Made by a program: the position numbers and the translations under genes | Shown here: positions 29,633 through 40,702 of the stretch, one piece after another | How positions within the stretch are numbered: the first letter of the stretch is position 1 | Layout: every line of letters begins with the position of its first letter | Notes under the pieces: model-generated | Databases searched by the model: none | What the model saw: the letters and a program-made list of their open reading frames with translations, nothing else | Told to the model about the DNA's origin: nothing | NCBI GenBank assembly: GCA_963771175.1 | Contig: CAVYSY010000056.1 | Coordinates: forward strand, 1 to 64,000 | Length of the DNA: 64,000 bases | Direction: 5' to 3' | Source of the DNA: an uncultured delta proteobacterium | Lineage (GTDB): Bacteria; Myxococcota; Myxococcia; Myxococcales; Myxococcaceae

Positions 29633-31179
29633 GTGCAGGAGTTTCGATTGTCCCCTCGGCATCCACCGCACTTTCACGTCGCCATCGCCGGAAGCGGCTT
29701 CGGCGGCCTCGGGATGGCCATCCGGCTCAAGCAGGAGGGCATCGAGGACTTCGTCATCTTCGAGCGCGCGCAGGACGTCGGCGGCGTCTGGCGTGACAAC
29801 ACGTACCCGGGCTGCGCGTGCGACGTGCAGTCCCACCTCTACTCGTTCTCGTTCGCGCCGAATCCGGGTTGGTCTCGCGCCTACTCGCCCCAGGCCGAGA
29901 TCCACGCCTACCTGCGCGACTGCGCCGACAGGTTCGGCATCCGCCCGCACCTACGCCTCGGCCACACCGTCCTCGACGCTCGCTGGGATGACGACCTGCA
30001 GCGCTGGCACATCGAGACCTCGGAGGGGCCCTTCACGGCGGATGTCTTCGTCTCCGCCGCGGGCGCCCTGAGCGACCCGTCCATTCCCAAGCTGCCGGGC
30101 CTCGAGAAGTTCCAGGGCAAGACGATGCACTCGGCCCGGTGGGACCACAACTACGCCCTCGCCGGACGCAAGGTGGCGGTCATCGGCACCGGCGCCTCCG
30201 CCATCCAGTTCGTTCCTCGCATCCAGCCGGAGGTGGGCAAGCTGGTCCTCTTCCAGCGCACGCCCCCGTGGGTCCTCCCGCGTCGGGACCGCGCGCTCGG
30301 CAAGCGGATGCAGTGGGTGTACCGAGCACGTGCCGGGAGTGCATCGCCTCACCCGCTGGCTCATCTACGCGCTCCGCGAGCTGACGGCGTACGGGTTCCT
30401 GCACCCGTGGCTCCTCCGGCTCATCCAGCGGCTCGCCGTGCGGCACCTGGAGCGGTCCGTTCCCGATCCGACCCTGCGCGCGAAGCTCACGCCCCACTAC
30501 ACGCATGGGCTGCAAGCGCGTCCTCATCTCGGATGACTACCTCGCCTCGCTCAACCACGAGAATGTCGAGCTCGTCACCGAGACGATCCGCGAGGTGCGT
30601 GAGCGCTCCATCGTCACGACGGACGGCACCGAGTACGAAGTCGAGGCGATCATCTTCGGAACCGGCTTCCAGGTGCAGGCACTGCCGATCGCTCACCGCA
30701 TCCGGGGGCGTCACGGGCACACGCTGGCGGAGGCGTGGAGGAGCACCATGACGGCGACGGCGCACCTCGGCACCACGGTGAGCGGATTCCCCAACCTCTT
30801 CCTGCTCCAGGGGCCCAACACCGGACTCGGGCACAGCTCGGTGCTCCTGATGATGGAGAGCCAGCTCGAGCACGTGCTCGGCGCGCTGCGCTATCTCGAG
30901 GGCCGGAACCTGGCCGCGGTGGAGCCGACGCCCGAAGCCCAGGCCGAGTTCGTCCGGTACGTCGACTCCCGGATGAGCGGGACGGTCTGGAAACAGGGCG
31001 GTTGCGCGAGCTGGTACCTCGACTCCACGGGGCGCAACTCCGCCTTGTGGCCGGGGACCATCTCCTCGTTCAAGCGCCGCGTGGAGCACTTCGAGCCCTC
31101 CGAGTACGTCGCCATCACCCGCCACGTCCGTCCCACCAGGGTGAGCCATGCGCGCTGCATGAGGCTCGCCCAGGGCTGA
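29633..31179 (+). CDS. flavin-containing (Baeyer-Villiger type) monooxygenase, frameshifts near 30325 and 30500
   Basis: GSGFGG, GGVWRDNTYPGCACD, FQGKTMHSARW (FxGxxxHxxxW), IGTGASAIQ, GTGF. Confidence 0.92.
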
Positions 31180-31183
31180 AGGC

Positions 31184-31969
31184 TCAGAGTGACGACGGAG
31201 AGAAGTCGGCCTTGGCCACCGGCTTCACGTCTCTGAAGTCGAAGCGCTCCAACGGCCCGTGCGCGTCGTCGATCTCCATGATGACCGGCAGGGCCAGCAC
31301 CGGATCCATGCAGATGCGTGCCCGCGTCGCGTAGAGGTGCTGCCCTCCCTCGGGCGCGGTGAAGGTGATGCAGTAGCGCCCCGCCGCATCGAAGCCCTCG
31401 TCCTTCCGGGTGTATCCGCCGAGGGCCTCACCCTGCTTGAAGCTGTCCTCCAGGACGCCGATGATCGCCGTGAAGGCGAAGTCCATGATGGGGTGGTTCG
31501 TGTCGCCCCGGGTGAGCTCGCTGTTCATGTCGAGCCACATCCCACCGGCGAGACCGAGGAGTCCCGCCTCGCGGACCCGGAGCTCGTTCTTCTTCACCGT
31601 GGAGTCGTAGACCACCCGCCGTCCCTTGGCGGGTCCGTCCAGGATTTCCAACCGCACCGCCCGAGGCGACTGCCGGACCACCAGGTGAATCGTCTGCGGC
31701 TTCAGCAGCTTGCCGGAGACGCGCTCGCGCTTCACCACACGCGACTCATAGGTGCCCATTTGAGAGGCGGCGGCCTTTCCGGCCTCCAGGAGCAAATCGA
31801 CGGGCGTCGTCGCGAACAGCTCCACCAACCTCTCGCGCGAGAGTTCCTTGACCTCGGCGCGCCGCTGCTCCAGCGGGAGCCGCGCGAAGCCTGGAACCGG
31901 GGACGACGAGGGAGCCGGCGTGGTCATCAGCAGGCCCGGCATCAAGAGGGCGAGAAGGACTGGATTCAT
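31184..31969 (-). CDS. DUF1571-like secreted protein
   Basis: Signal peptide; KRERVSGKL, GR.VVY and NHPI.D. Confidence 0.65.
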   Translation of the reverse strand: MNPVLLALLMPGLLMTTPAPSSSPVPGFARLPLEQRRAEVKELSRERLVELFATTPVDLLLEAGKAAASQMGTYESRVVKRERVSGKLLKPQTIHLVVRQSPRAVRLEILDGPAKGRRVVYDSTVKKNELRVREAGLLGLAGGMWLDMNSELTRGDTNHPIMDFAFTAIIGVLEDSFKQGEALGGYTRKDEGFDAAGRYCITFTAPEGGQHLYATRARICMDPVLALPVIMEIDDAHGPLERFDFRDVKPVAKADFSPSSL

Positions 31970-32059
31970 GGCGGGTGTGCTCGGTCGATTGGCGGCCTGG
32001 AGGATACTCGCGTCCGTGCCTTGAGACCGAGTGGGCCCAGCGTTACGGTTCCGGGGCCC

Positions 32060-33124
32060 ATGAACATCCAGAACGACGTCATCGCGACCATCGGGAACAC
32101 GCCGCTCATCAAGCTCCGGCGCGCGTCCGAGGAGACGGGCTGCACCATCCTCGGCAAGGCCGAGTTCCTCAACCCCGGACAGTCCGTGAAGGACCGGGCC
32201 GCCCTCTTCATCATCCGTGACGCCGTCTCCCGCGGACTGCTCCGCCCCGGAGGCATCATCGTCGAGGGCACCGCGGGCAACACCGGCATCGGGCTCGCGC
32301 TCGTGGGCAATGCCCTGGGCTACCGCACCGTCATCGTCATCCCGGAGACCCAGAGCCAGGAGAAGAAGGACATGCTCCGCCTCATGGGCGCCGAGCTCCT
32401 CGAGGTCCCCGCCGTCCCCTACAAGGAGCCCAACAACTACGTGAAGGTGTCCGGCCGCCTCGCCGAGGCGCTCAACGCCCGCGAGCCGAACGGCGCCATC
32501 TGGGCCAACCAGTTCGACAACGTCGCCAACCGTCAGGCCCACCTGGAGACGACCGGCCCCGAAATCTGGGCGCAGACCGAGGGCCGCGTGGATGGTTTCA
32601 TCTGCGCGGTGGGCTCCGGCGGCACGCTGGCGGGCGTGGGCATGGCCCTCAAGGAGCGCAACCCGAACGTCGTCATCGGACTCGCGGACCCGATGGGTGC
32701 CGCGCTCCACGGTTGGTACACGCACGGCGAGCTCAAGTCCGAGGGCTCCTCCATCACCGAGGGCATCGGCCAGGGCCGCATCACCGCCAACCTCATGGGT
32801 GCCCCCGTCGACGCGTCCTTCCAGATTCCCGACGCCGAGGCGCTCCCCATCCTCTTCGACCTGCTCGAGCACGAGGGCCTCTGCCTCGGTGGCTCCAGCG
32901 CCATCAACGTCGCCGGCGCCATCCGCCTCGCCCGGAAGCTGGGGCCGGGGCACACCCTCGTCACCGTGCTGTGCGACTCGGGCAACCGCTACGCGAGCAA
33001 GCTCTTCAACCCGACCTTCCTCCGCTCCAAGGGCCTGCCCGTGCCGCACTGGCTGGAGCGCGGCCCCGAGGCCTCCACGGCGAGCACGCTCCTGCGCGAG
33101 GTGCTCCTCCCCAAGGCGTCCTGA
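32060..33124 (+). CDS. cysK: cysteine synthase A
   Basis: IGNTPLI, KAEFLNPGQSVKDR (PLP Lys), EGTAGNTGI, GSGGT, CDSG.RY.SK. Confidence 0.93.
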   Translation: MNIQNDVIATIGNTPLIKLRRASEETGCTILGKAEFLNPGQSVKDRAALFIIRDAVSRGLLRPGGIIVEGTAGNTGIGLALVGNALGYRTVIVIPETQSQEKKDMLRLMGAELLEVPAVPYKEPNNYVKVSGRLAEALNAREPNGAIWANQFDNVANRQAHLETTGPEIWAQTEGRVDGFICAVGSGGTLAGVGMALKERNPNVVIGLADPMGAALHGWYTHGELKSEGSSITEGIGQGRITANLMGAPVDASFQIPDAEALPILFDLLEHEGLCLGGSSAINVAGAIRLARKLGPGHTLVTVLCDSGNRYASKLFNPTFLRSKGLPVPHWLERGPEASTASTLLREVLLPKAS

Positions 33125-33151
33125 CCCGGAGGCCGCACCGGCCTCCCACCG

Positions 33152-36100
33152 TCACGCCGCCTCGCGCTCGGCCGGAGCGAGCGGCAGCCGCACCCGGAAG
33201 CACGCACCGCGCGCCACGGACTCGTCCAGCTCGAGCGTGCCTCCGTGGTTCTCCGTGATGATCTGCCGGCAGATGGCCAGCCCCAGCCCCGTCCCCTTCC
33301 CCACGTCCTTCGTGGTGAAGAAGGGCTCGAAGATGCGGGCCCGCAGCGCCGGAGGAATCCCCGGGCCGTCATCGGCCACCACGAGCTCGACCATGCCATC
33401 CCGCACGGCCGTGCTCACCCGCACCTCGCCCGCGCCCCCGAGCGCGTCGAGGGCGTTGCGCAGCAGGTTCAGCACCACCTGACCGAGCTGCCCCTTGTGG
33501 AAGGGGAGCCGGGGCACGTCCCCACACTGGACCTCCACCCGCGTGCCCGCGGGATGGGAGCGACGGACCAGCTCGACCGTCTCGAGGACCGTCTGGTTGA
33601 GGTCTCCGAGCTCCAGGCGCGGGCGCTCGCCGCGCAGGAAGGCGCGCAGGTCCGCTTGCGTGGAGCTGATGCGCTCCGCGGCCTGCCGCATCGCATCCAG
33701 CGCATCGGGCATGTCCTGCAGCGTGAAGTCGACGTCCAGCTCCCGCCACAGCCGCTCGAGCTCCCCGGCCTCCTCGGGGTGGGTCGCGAGCCGCTCGCGA
33801 CAATGCTTCAGCAGCTCGGCGAGCTGGTCGAAGTACTCGCGCACCGGAGGCAGGTTGTTGTGGATGGCGGTGAGCGGGTTGTTGATTTCGTGAGAGAGCC
33901 GCGCCATGAACTCCCCCATCGCGGAGAGCTTCTCCGCTTGAATCACCTTCTCGCGGGCCCGGGCGAGCTCGGTGGTGCGGGCCTCCACGAGGCGCTCCAG
34001 CTCGGCGTTCTTGCGCCGCAGGGCCAGGCCCCTCCAGCGCACCACGCCCGCCACGGAGGCCCCCAGGAGCAGCACGCCGAGGACTCGCGCCCACCAGGAG
34101 GTCCACCAGGGCGGATGCACCACCAGGGAGAGCCCGGCCACGGGTCCCCACGGCCCCTCGCCGTTTCGCGCGCGCAGCTCGAGCCGGTAGCGCCCCGGCG
34201 GAAGCGCGCTGTAGCGCACCGAGTGGCCATGGGCGGCGTGCCAGTCGTCCAGCCCCACGAGCCGTACCTCGTGCTCCATGCGGGTCTCGTCGATGAACCC
34301 CAGGTCGGCGAACTGGACCTCCAGCGTCGCTTCGTCGTGGGGGGTCTCGAGGCCCTCCATGGGAGGCCGGGCGGACGAGTGCGCCCCGAGGGTGGTGCTC
34401 AGCAGGGCCACGCGCGGCGGAGCGGCCCGGCCGGTGTAGCGCGCGCTCTCGAAGCGGCCGAGGCCTTCCGAGGTGCCCACCCACACGTCCCCATCGGCCT
34501 CCGCCAGGAAGGAGTTGCCGTTGCAGGAGTCACCCGGAGCCCCCGCGCTCGCGCCAAAGTGGTCGAGCACCCCATCGCCGACGAGGTCTATCCCAGCCCC
34601 CGTCCCCACCCAGAGCCGGCCCGCCGCATCCTCGCCAATCTGGAAGATGACACCGCTGTGGAGCCCCGTACTCAGCTCCAGGTGGACCAGGTCGGAGAGG
34701 TGCCCGTCCCGGTAGGAGAAGCAGCTCAGACCCAGGGGCTCCTTGTAGGACACGCACACGCGGCCATCGCGGCGGGACAGAAGGTAGCGCACACGGTCAT
34801 CCAGCAGGCCCTCGGCGACGCCCAGGCGCTGGAACACGCCCCCCTCCCGCACGTAGAGCCCGTCACCCGCGGCCCACAGCCGCCCGGCCCCGTCCCGGCA
34901 TCACGCTCATGAAGGCCATGCGCGAGCTGGGAGGCAGCACCGGCTCGAAGGTCCACTCAGCCCCCTTGCGGACGCCTCGCAGCAGGCCCGAGGAGCCCGC
35001 CGACCACAGGGTGCCATCGGGCTCCACGACCAGAGCGAAGGTGAAGTGCGCCGGGTAGCCCTCCGCCACGCCGAGCGTCCGCAGCCTGCCACTCCTGGGC
35101 TCGTAGTGGTGCAGCCCGATCGGGTTGCCCGAGGCCCACACGGAGCCCTCCCGGTCCACCACCACGGCCTTGAGTGAGTAACCCTCCAGCCCCGGAATGA
35201 CGACCCAGCCCCCGGGCGTGCCCCGCGCGAGCCCATTGTCGGTGCCCACCCACAGCGACCCATCGGGACCGCGGCTCAACCCCCAGATGACGCTCGAGGG
35301 GAGCCCGGTGGTGGAGTCATGGAGGGTCCAATGGCCGCGCCCCAGCGAGCGGTACACGCCCAGGCTGGCGACCCAGAGCGTCCCCTCCTCGTCCTCCAGC
35401 ACGTCCCCGGCATCCGTGACGCCGGCTCCGGGAGGCCCAGCCGCAGGAGGCCCGCGCGCTCCCCGTCCACCTCGATGAGGCCGCGGTAGGTCGGCACCAG
35501 GAGCTGACCCCTCCGCCCCACGCGCAGCCGGCGCCCCGCCGCCTGGAATCCCTCGACGAGCCGGGTTCTATCCTCGAACGGCGCGCCACTCCGGGGCTGC
35601 ACCACCAGCCAGCCCTCGCCGCTCAGCCACAGGCGACCGTGCCCGTCACGCACGAGGGAGGCGATGGGGTTGCGATACCCGTGCACCTCCAGGCTCCGCC
35701 AAGGCCCTTGTGGCTCCCGACTCAGCAGGCGCGACCCCGAGGCCACCTGGAGCTCGCCCGACACATCCACCCAGAGGGCCCTGGCCACTCCCCCCGGCCA
35801 CCCGGGCGCCAGGAGGAAGTGCCCCGGCTCCGACTCCATGAAGAGGCCCTGGGCGGTCCCCGCCAGCATCCGCTTCTCGGAGTCCAGGCGGAGACTCCAC
35901 ACCTCCGAGGGCACTCCGTTCATCGGCACGGGGACGAAGCGGCTCCCGTCCCAGCGCACCACGCCCGCCTGGGTCGCGAGGAGCAGCCGCCCCCACGCAT
36001 CGAGCGTGACATCGTTCACCACCACCGAGGGCAGGCCGGCCTCCTGCCCGAAGCGCTCGAAGCGCTTGCCGTCGAAGCGGTACACCGCATCGCTGGCGAG

Positions 36101-36280
36101 GGCCCAGACGAACCCCTCCCCGTCCTGCAGAATCCAGGACATGCCGGGGTTCTCGATGCCCGCCTCCGTGCTGTAGCGCCGGAACCCGATGCGCCCTGGA
36201 GGATCTCCACCTCTCGCCTCGCTTCCCACCAGGGCGACGAGGCCCACGGCCAGGAACGCGGCGATCCGATGCAACGACAT
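33152..36280 (-). CDS. sensor histidine kinase with beta-propeller/Y_Y_Y periplasmic domain (frameshifts near 35405 and 34890)
   Basis: Repeated D..G.LWV motifs, YSALPPGRYRLELRA, TM, HEINNP, NLLRNA, DDGPG, FFTTK..GTGLGL. Confidence 0.9.
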
Positions 36281-36348
36281 GACTCCCGAGGCCTCTCTTG
36301 GGAAGGGGGCAACGCAGTGCTCCCTGGGAGTCAGCCTATCACGGACGA

Positions 36349-36386
36349 CAAAAGGGCCGGCCCCTCGACGAGGAGACCGGCCCCTG
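36349..36386 (-). terminator. intrinsic terminator of the lipoprotein gene
   Basis: Minus strand GGGCCGGTCTC...GAGGGGCCGGCCC followed by TTTT. Confidence 0.65.
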
Positions 36387-36414
36387 GTTCAGCACCCGGA
36401 GGTGCCGGGACGAA

Positions 36415-36792
36415 CTACTTGCAGACGTTGGCGCACACGGCCGGGGTCTTGGTCGGGTCGAGGTAGTCGGCGCAGGTGAGCTTCGCGCGCGCGTCCGAGC
36501 AGTCCGAGGCCGCGTCCAGGTTGAACGTCTTGCCCGCGTTCGTCCCGGTGCAGTTCTCGTTGTCCTCCTTGCGCTCCTCACACTTGGAGGCGGCGTACAG
36601 CTTGGTCTTGCACTCCTCCGCGCTGGTGCCGAAGGCGGTCTTGAAGAAGTCGGAGGCCTTGACGTCGGCGGACTGGCACTCGAACTGACGCTCACAGACC
36701 TGGTCCACGCCCGCCTTGCACACGGCCTCGGGGGTGGCGCAACCAACGGCGAACAGGGACAGGGCGGCGGCGCCAAACAGGAACTTGTTCAT
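36415..36792 (-). CDS. Cys-rich lipoprotein
   Basis: AGGAG RBS; lipobox AVGC; about 10 further Cys. Confidence 0.82.
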   Translation of the reverse strand: MNKFLFGAAALSLFAVGCATPEAVCKAGVDQVCERQFECQSADVKASDFFKTAFGTSAEECKTKLYAASKCEERKEDNENCTGTNAGKTFNLDAASDCSDARAKLTCADYLDPTKTPAVCANVCK

Positions 36793-36988
36793 CTGGACTT
36801 CTCCTTGATTGAGGTGACTTCGCTGGGACACCTCGCCGGGCCGACCGCACCCCCCCTCCCAAGGTGGGGACCGTCCGACCGGAGAGTGGCGCCTTATTAC
36901 CAGTCCGTTGCCCTTAAGGCCAACTTTTGCTTTTCAAAACCCTACCTTCCAAATCTGTATGGATTTCCGGGGGGTACGACGTGGTGAG

Positions 36989-38110
36989 TCAAACCCCGCC
37001 CGAGCTCGACGGCTCGGGCGAGAGCACGGGTGCTGGGGCCGGACGCGCGGGAGAGGACCCGGTGCGCCAGCGCCCGTACCGCTTCTTCGCCGGTACCGCG
37101 AGGGCCAGCGACACCGTCAGCACCGTCAGGGCCGCGGCGAGCGCCGGCAGCACGTCCAGCGAGTGCCCCCACCGGCTCGCCAGGCCCGGGAAGGTGGACC
37201 AGCCATACGCGATGGGCAGGTGCACGACGTAGACCCAGAGCGAGGCACGCCCCACCGGACCCAGCAACCCGTCCAGCCGCGAGGGCAGCAGCATCGCCAG
37301 CCCCGCCACCACGCCCAGCAGCCCCAGCCGCCACACCACCAGCGTCGGGTCGCTCACGCGGGGATCTCCCCCCCACAGCGCCATCAGCGACAGGAGCGCC
37401 GTGCCCGTGCCGATCATCACGAGCCACTGCGGCACCCGCTTCACCAGCCCCAGCCCGAGCCCGGTGAAGCCTCCCGCGAAGAAGTACGCCGACCAGGGGA
37501 AGAGCGGGAAGCTGGAGGTCTTCCCCGCGAGCGCCTGCTCCAGCGCCAGGGGCCAGCCGCCGCCCTCCACCGCCGCGCGCACCCACGGGCTCACCAGCGG
37601 AAAGAGGAGCGAGAGCGTCGCCAGCGCGCCCATCCTCGCCACCCGCCCGCGCAGCACCGCCAGCACGCTCGCGCCCAGCAGCAGCGCCCCGGCCACGCCG
37701 TGCAGCGCATCGAAGGCGAGGAAGTGCCGCCACACCACCGGGTCCCCGGCGAACAGCGCCGGCAGCCCCCAACCGGGCCAACGCAACAGGTAGCCCCAGC
37801 CCAACAACAACCCCGCTCGCGGCACGTACCGGCGCAGCACGCTCGCACCCCGGACACCGGTGCGCTGCACGGTGGTCGCGAAGGCCCAACCCGCCACGAA
37901 GAGGAACAGCGGCGCGGTCACGGCCCGCATGGACCAGTACGTCAGCATCCCCGCGCTGTTGCGGGCCACGTCCGACAGCACCGCGTCCAGCGTGTGGCCC
38001 ATCACCATGGCGATGACGGCCACGGCGCGTGCGCGGTCCAGGCCCATGTTGCGCGGGCTCGAGGCCGCCGGAGCGGCCACCGTGGCTCGGGAGGCGTCTG
38101 GGGCAGACAT
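36989..38110 (-). CDS. heparan-alpha-glucosaminide N-acetyltransferase-like (DUF1624) membrane protein
   Basis: LDRARAVAV..M..GH, APLFLFVAG, FPLFPW and SLWVYVVH. Confidence 0.82.
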   Translation of the reverse strand: MSAPDASRATVAAPAASSPRNMGLDRARAVAVIAMVMGHTLDAVLSDVARNSAGMLTYWSMRAVTAPLFLFVAGWAFATTVQRTGVRGASVLRRYVPRAGLLLGWGYLLRWPGWGLPALFAGDPVVWRHFLAFDALHGVAGALLLGASVLAVLRGRVARMGALATLSLLFPLVSPWVRAAVEGGGWPLALEQALAGKTSSFPLFPWSAYFFAGGFTGLGLGLVKRVPQWLVMIGTGTALLSLMALWGGDPRVSDPTLVVWRLGLLGVVAGLAMLLPSRLDGLLGPVGRASLWVYVVHLPIAYGWSTFPGLASRWGHSLDVLPALAAALTVLTVSLALAVPAKKRYGRWRTGSSPARPAPAPVLSPEPSSSGGV

Positions 38111-38135
38111 GGCGCCGCGGAGACGGCCGGAGGAC

Positions 38136-39244
38136 TCAGACGCGCATCGGCATGACCACGGCGGTGAAGCTGCGGTCGCCCGGGGCGTGCAGCACGCCGG
38201 GGCTGTGCTCGTCACCCAGCTCGAAGGCCACCTCGTCCGTGTCCGTCACGCCCAGCACGTCGATGCAGGTAGCGCGCGTTGAAGCCGATGGTGATGGCGG
38301 CGCCCCGGTACGCGATGTCCAGCGCGTCCTTCGCCTCGCCCAGGTCCGGGTTGTTGGCGGTGATGAGGAGCTGGTTCTCCGCCAGGCCGACGCGGACCGC
38401 GTAGCTCTTGTCCGCGCTCAGCAGCGCGATGCGCTTGAGACCCTCGAGCAGGCGCGTCTTGGGCACCAGCACCGCCTTCTCGCCTTCCTTGGGGATGACG
38501 CGCTGGTACTCGGGGAACTGCCCGTCGATGAGCCGCATCACCATCGTCAGGCCCGTCTTCTTGAAGAGCGCCGAGTTCTCCGCGAAGCCCAGGTGGCACT
38601 CCGCGTCCGGCGCCTCGTCCAGCAGGCGCTTGAGCTCCAGCAGGCCCTTGCGCGGGATGATGACGCCGCTCTTGAGCTTGAAGTCCCCGGGCAGCTCGCG
38701 CTCGATGAGCGACAGACGGTGACCGTCCGTGGCCACCATGCGCACCTTGCCCCCCTGCTGCGGCTCGAAGAAGACGCCGTTGAGGATGTAGCGCGTCTCG
38801 TCGGTGGAGATGGCGAACTGCGTCTTCTTGATCATCTCCAGCAGCGTGGCGCCGGTCGATCTGCACCAGCGGCGCGTTCTCCTCGCGCGGCAGCTTCGGG
38901 TACTCCTCGGGCGCGGTGCCGACGATCTTGAAGTGCGCCGAGCCGCTGGTGATCTCCACGTAGTTGTTCGCCAGCTTCTTGAGCGTGACGTGGGCGTCCG
39001 GGAGGTTCTGGACGATGTCGAAGACGTACTTGGCGCTGAGCGTCACCGCGCCGGGCTTGAGGACCTCGGCGGGGTGCTCGGAGACGATGCCGATCTCCAG
39101 GTCGAACGCCGTGACGGTCACCCCCGTCTTCGTGGCCGTGACGAGCACGTTGGCGAGGATGGGCATCGTCGTCTTGCGCTCCACGATGCCCTGGGCGCGG
39201 TAGAGGGCCTTCTTCAGCTCGTCGGCGGCGATGCGGAATTCCAT
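38136..39244 (-). CDS. dnaN: DNA polymerase III beta clamp (frameshifts near 38850 and 38270)
   Basis: KTTMPILANVL, ETRYILNG, VATDGHRL, RLIDGQFPEY, GFNARY; C-terminal VVMPMRV. Confidence 0.95.
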
Positions 39245-39518
39245 CTTCGGGGGTCCTTGAACTACCAGGGGTACGGGAAAGAACGGCGGCCCCTCGGGCC
39301 ACCCTGGCCGGATGTAGCCCGGGGGCACCGGGTCGTCAATGAACGTGACGTCTGCGGTCATGCTGACTCGGCCAGCACTCGGGGAGACGGGCTCTGGACC
39401 TACTCCCCGGCTCCGGGCATACAGGTAGCACATAAACCTACCGACCCAACGAGCGATCGCTGCTTCCGGCCCGCCCCGCACACATAACTAGGGAGGGTCG
39501 AGAGTGGAGGAGGACGCC

Positions 39519-39989
39519 ATGCACGACAGGGTCTACAAGACCGACGACGAGTGGCGACGAGAGCTCACCCCGGAGCAATACCGGGTCATGCGCCAGAAGG
39601 ACACCGAGCCCCCCTTCACCGGGGCCTTCTGGAACTACGACGGCAAGGGCGTCTACTGCTGCGCTGGCTGTGGCAACACGCTCTTCTCCTCGCGGGCGAA
39701 GTTCGACTCGGGCACCGGCTGGCCCAGCTTCCATACCCCCTTGGTGTCGAGCCACCTCCTCCAGCACGAGGACCGCTCGTCCTTCCTGACGGTCCGCACC
39801 GAGGTGGCATGCAGCCGTTGCGGCGCCCACCTCGGCCACGTCTTCGACGACGGCCCTCCCCCCACCGGGCTGCGCTTCCGCATCAACTCGGCGGCCCTGG
39901 CCTTCGAGCCCGAGGAGCAATTCCTGGAGGAGCAACTCCTGGAGCAGGGACTCGGTGGGGAGGGAGTCGGCACCCCCGCCCAGGAATGA
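39519..39989 (+). CDS. msrB: peptide-methionine (R)-S-oxide reductase
   Basis: KFDSGTGWPSF, RTEV.C..CGAHLGHVFDDGP.PTGLR..INS. The usual catalytic Cys of RYCIN reads RFRIN here. Confidence 0.88.
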   Translation: MHDRVYKTDDEWRRELTPEQYRVMRQKDTEPPFTGAFWNYDGKGVYCCAGCGNTLFSSRAKFDSGTGWPSFHTPLVSSHLLQHEDRSSFLTVRTEVACSRCGAHLGHVFDDGPPPTGLRFRINSAALAFEPEEQFLEEQLLEQGLGGEGVGTPAQE

Positions 39990-40070
39990 AGGGAGGCCCG
40001 CCGCGTCGGGATGTAGCATCCCCCCCGGGAGGCGGCGAGACTGCCGCATCCCTTCCCGGAGCCCCGCCCC

Positions 40071-40556
40071 ATGACCCTGCGTCAGCCCCTCCTCACCGCC
40101 GCCCTGGCCTTCGCCCTGCTCGCCGGCTGCAGCCGCAACGCGACCCCCAACCCGACCGCCGAGTCCGGCGGCACGCCTCCCGCCCAGATGGACACTCCCG
40201 TCAACGCCCAACCCGCCGCTGAGACGCCCTCGGGCGGTACCGCCGCCGCCCCCGGCACGCCCACCGAGCGAGGGCCCGCCATCTTCTTCGTGAAGAACAG
40301 CGGCGTGCGCTGCATCACCACCCCCTGCCCCACCTTCTCCGCCACCCGGCCCGACCGGCCCGGCGACGAGCCGCTCCCGGTCCATGAGCTCGACCTCACC
40401 GCGCTCAAGGTCAGCGACGAGAAGCGCGCGGAGCTCGAGCAGGTCACCTTCCACGCCCCCGGCCTCAAGGTGCAGGCCACCGTGGACGTCGTGCCCAACG
40501 CGGGCCCCGCCGGCGCCGCCACCGTGCTGCGCGTCAGCCAGGTGGTCGAGAAGTAG
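40071..40556 (+). CDS. lipoprotein (DUF6748-like C-terminus)
   Basis: Lipobox LAGC; low-complexity linker; GVRCITTPCP. Confidence 0.8.
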   Translation: MTLRQPLLTAALAFALLAGCSRNATPNPTAESGGTPPAQMDTPVNAQPAAETPSGGTAAAPGTPTERGPAIFFVKNSGVRCITTPCPTFSATRPDRPGDEPLPVHELDLTALKVSDEKRAELEQVTFHAPGLKVQATVDVVPNAGPAGAATVLRVSQVVEK

Positions 40557-40702
40557 AGCGCCCCCCTGGCCCCCCGCGGATTCTCGCGTGACAATGGCTG
40601 GCACGCGCAGCCAGAGGGGGTCCGTCTCACCCCCGGCACCTGAAGGGTTGTCAGACTCCCCTGTTACTCCGCGCGTCGCTCCACCCACCGCAGGAGTCCA
40701 GG

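Noticed and set aside
39245..39518. oriC next to dnaN
   Set aside because: No TTATCCACA-type DnaA boxes or AT-rich unwinding element seen, and dnaA is absent.
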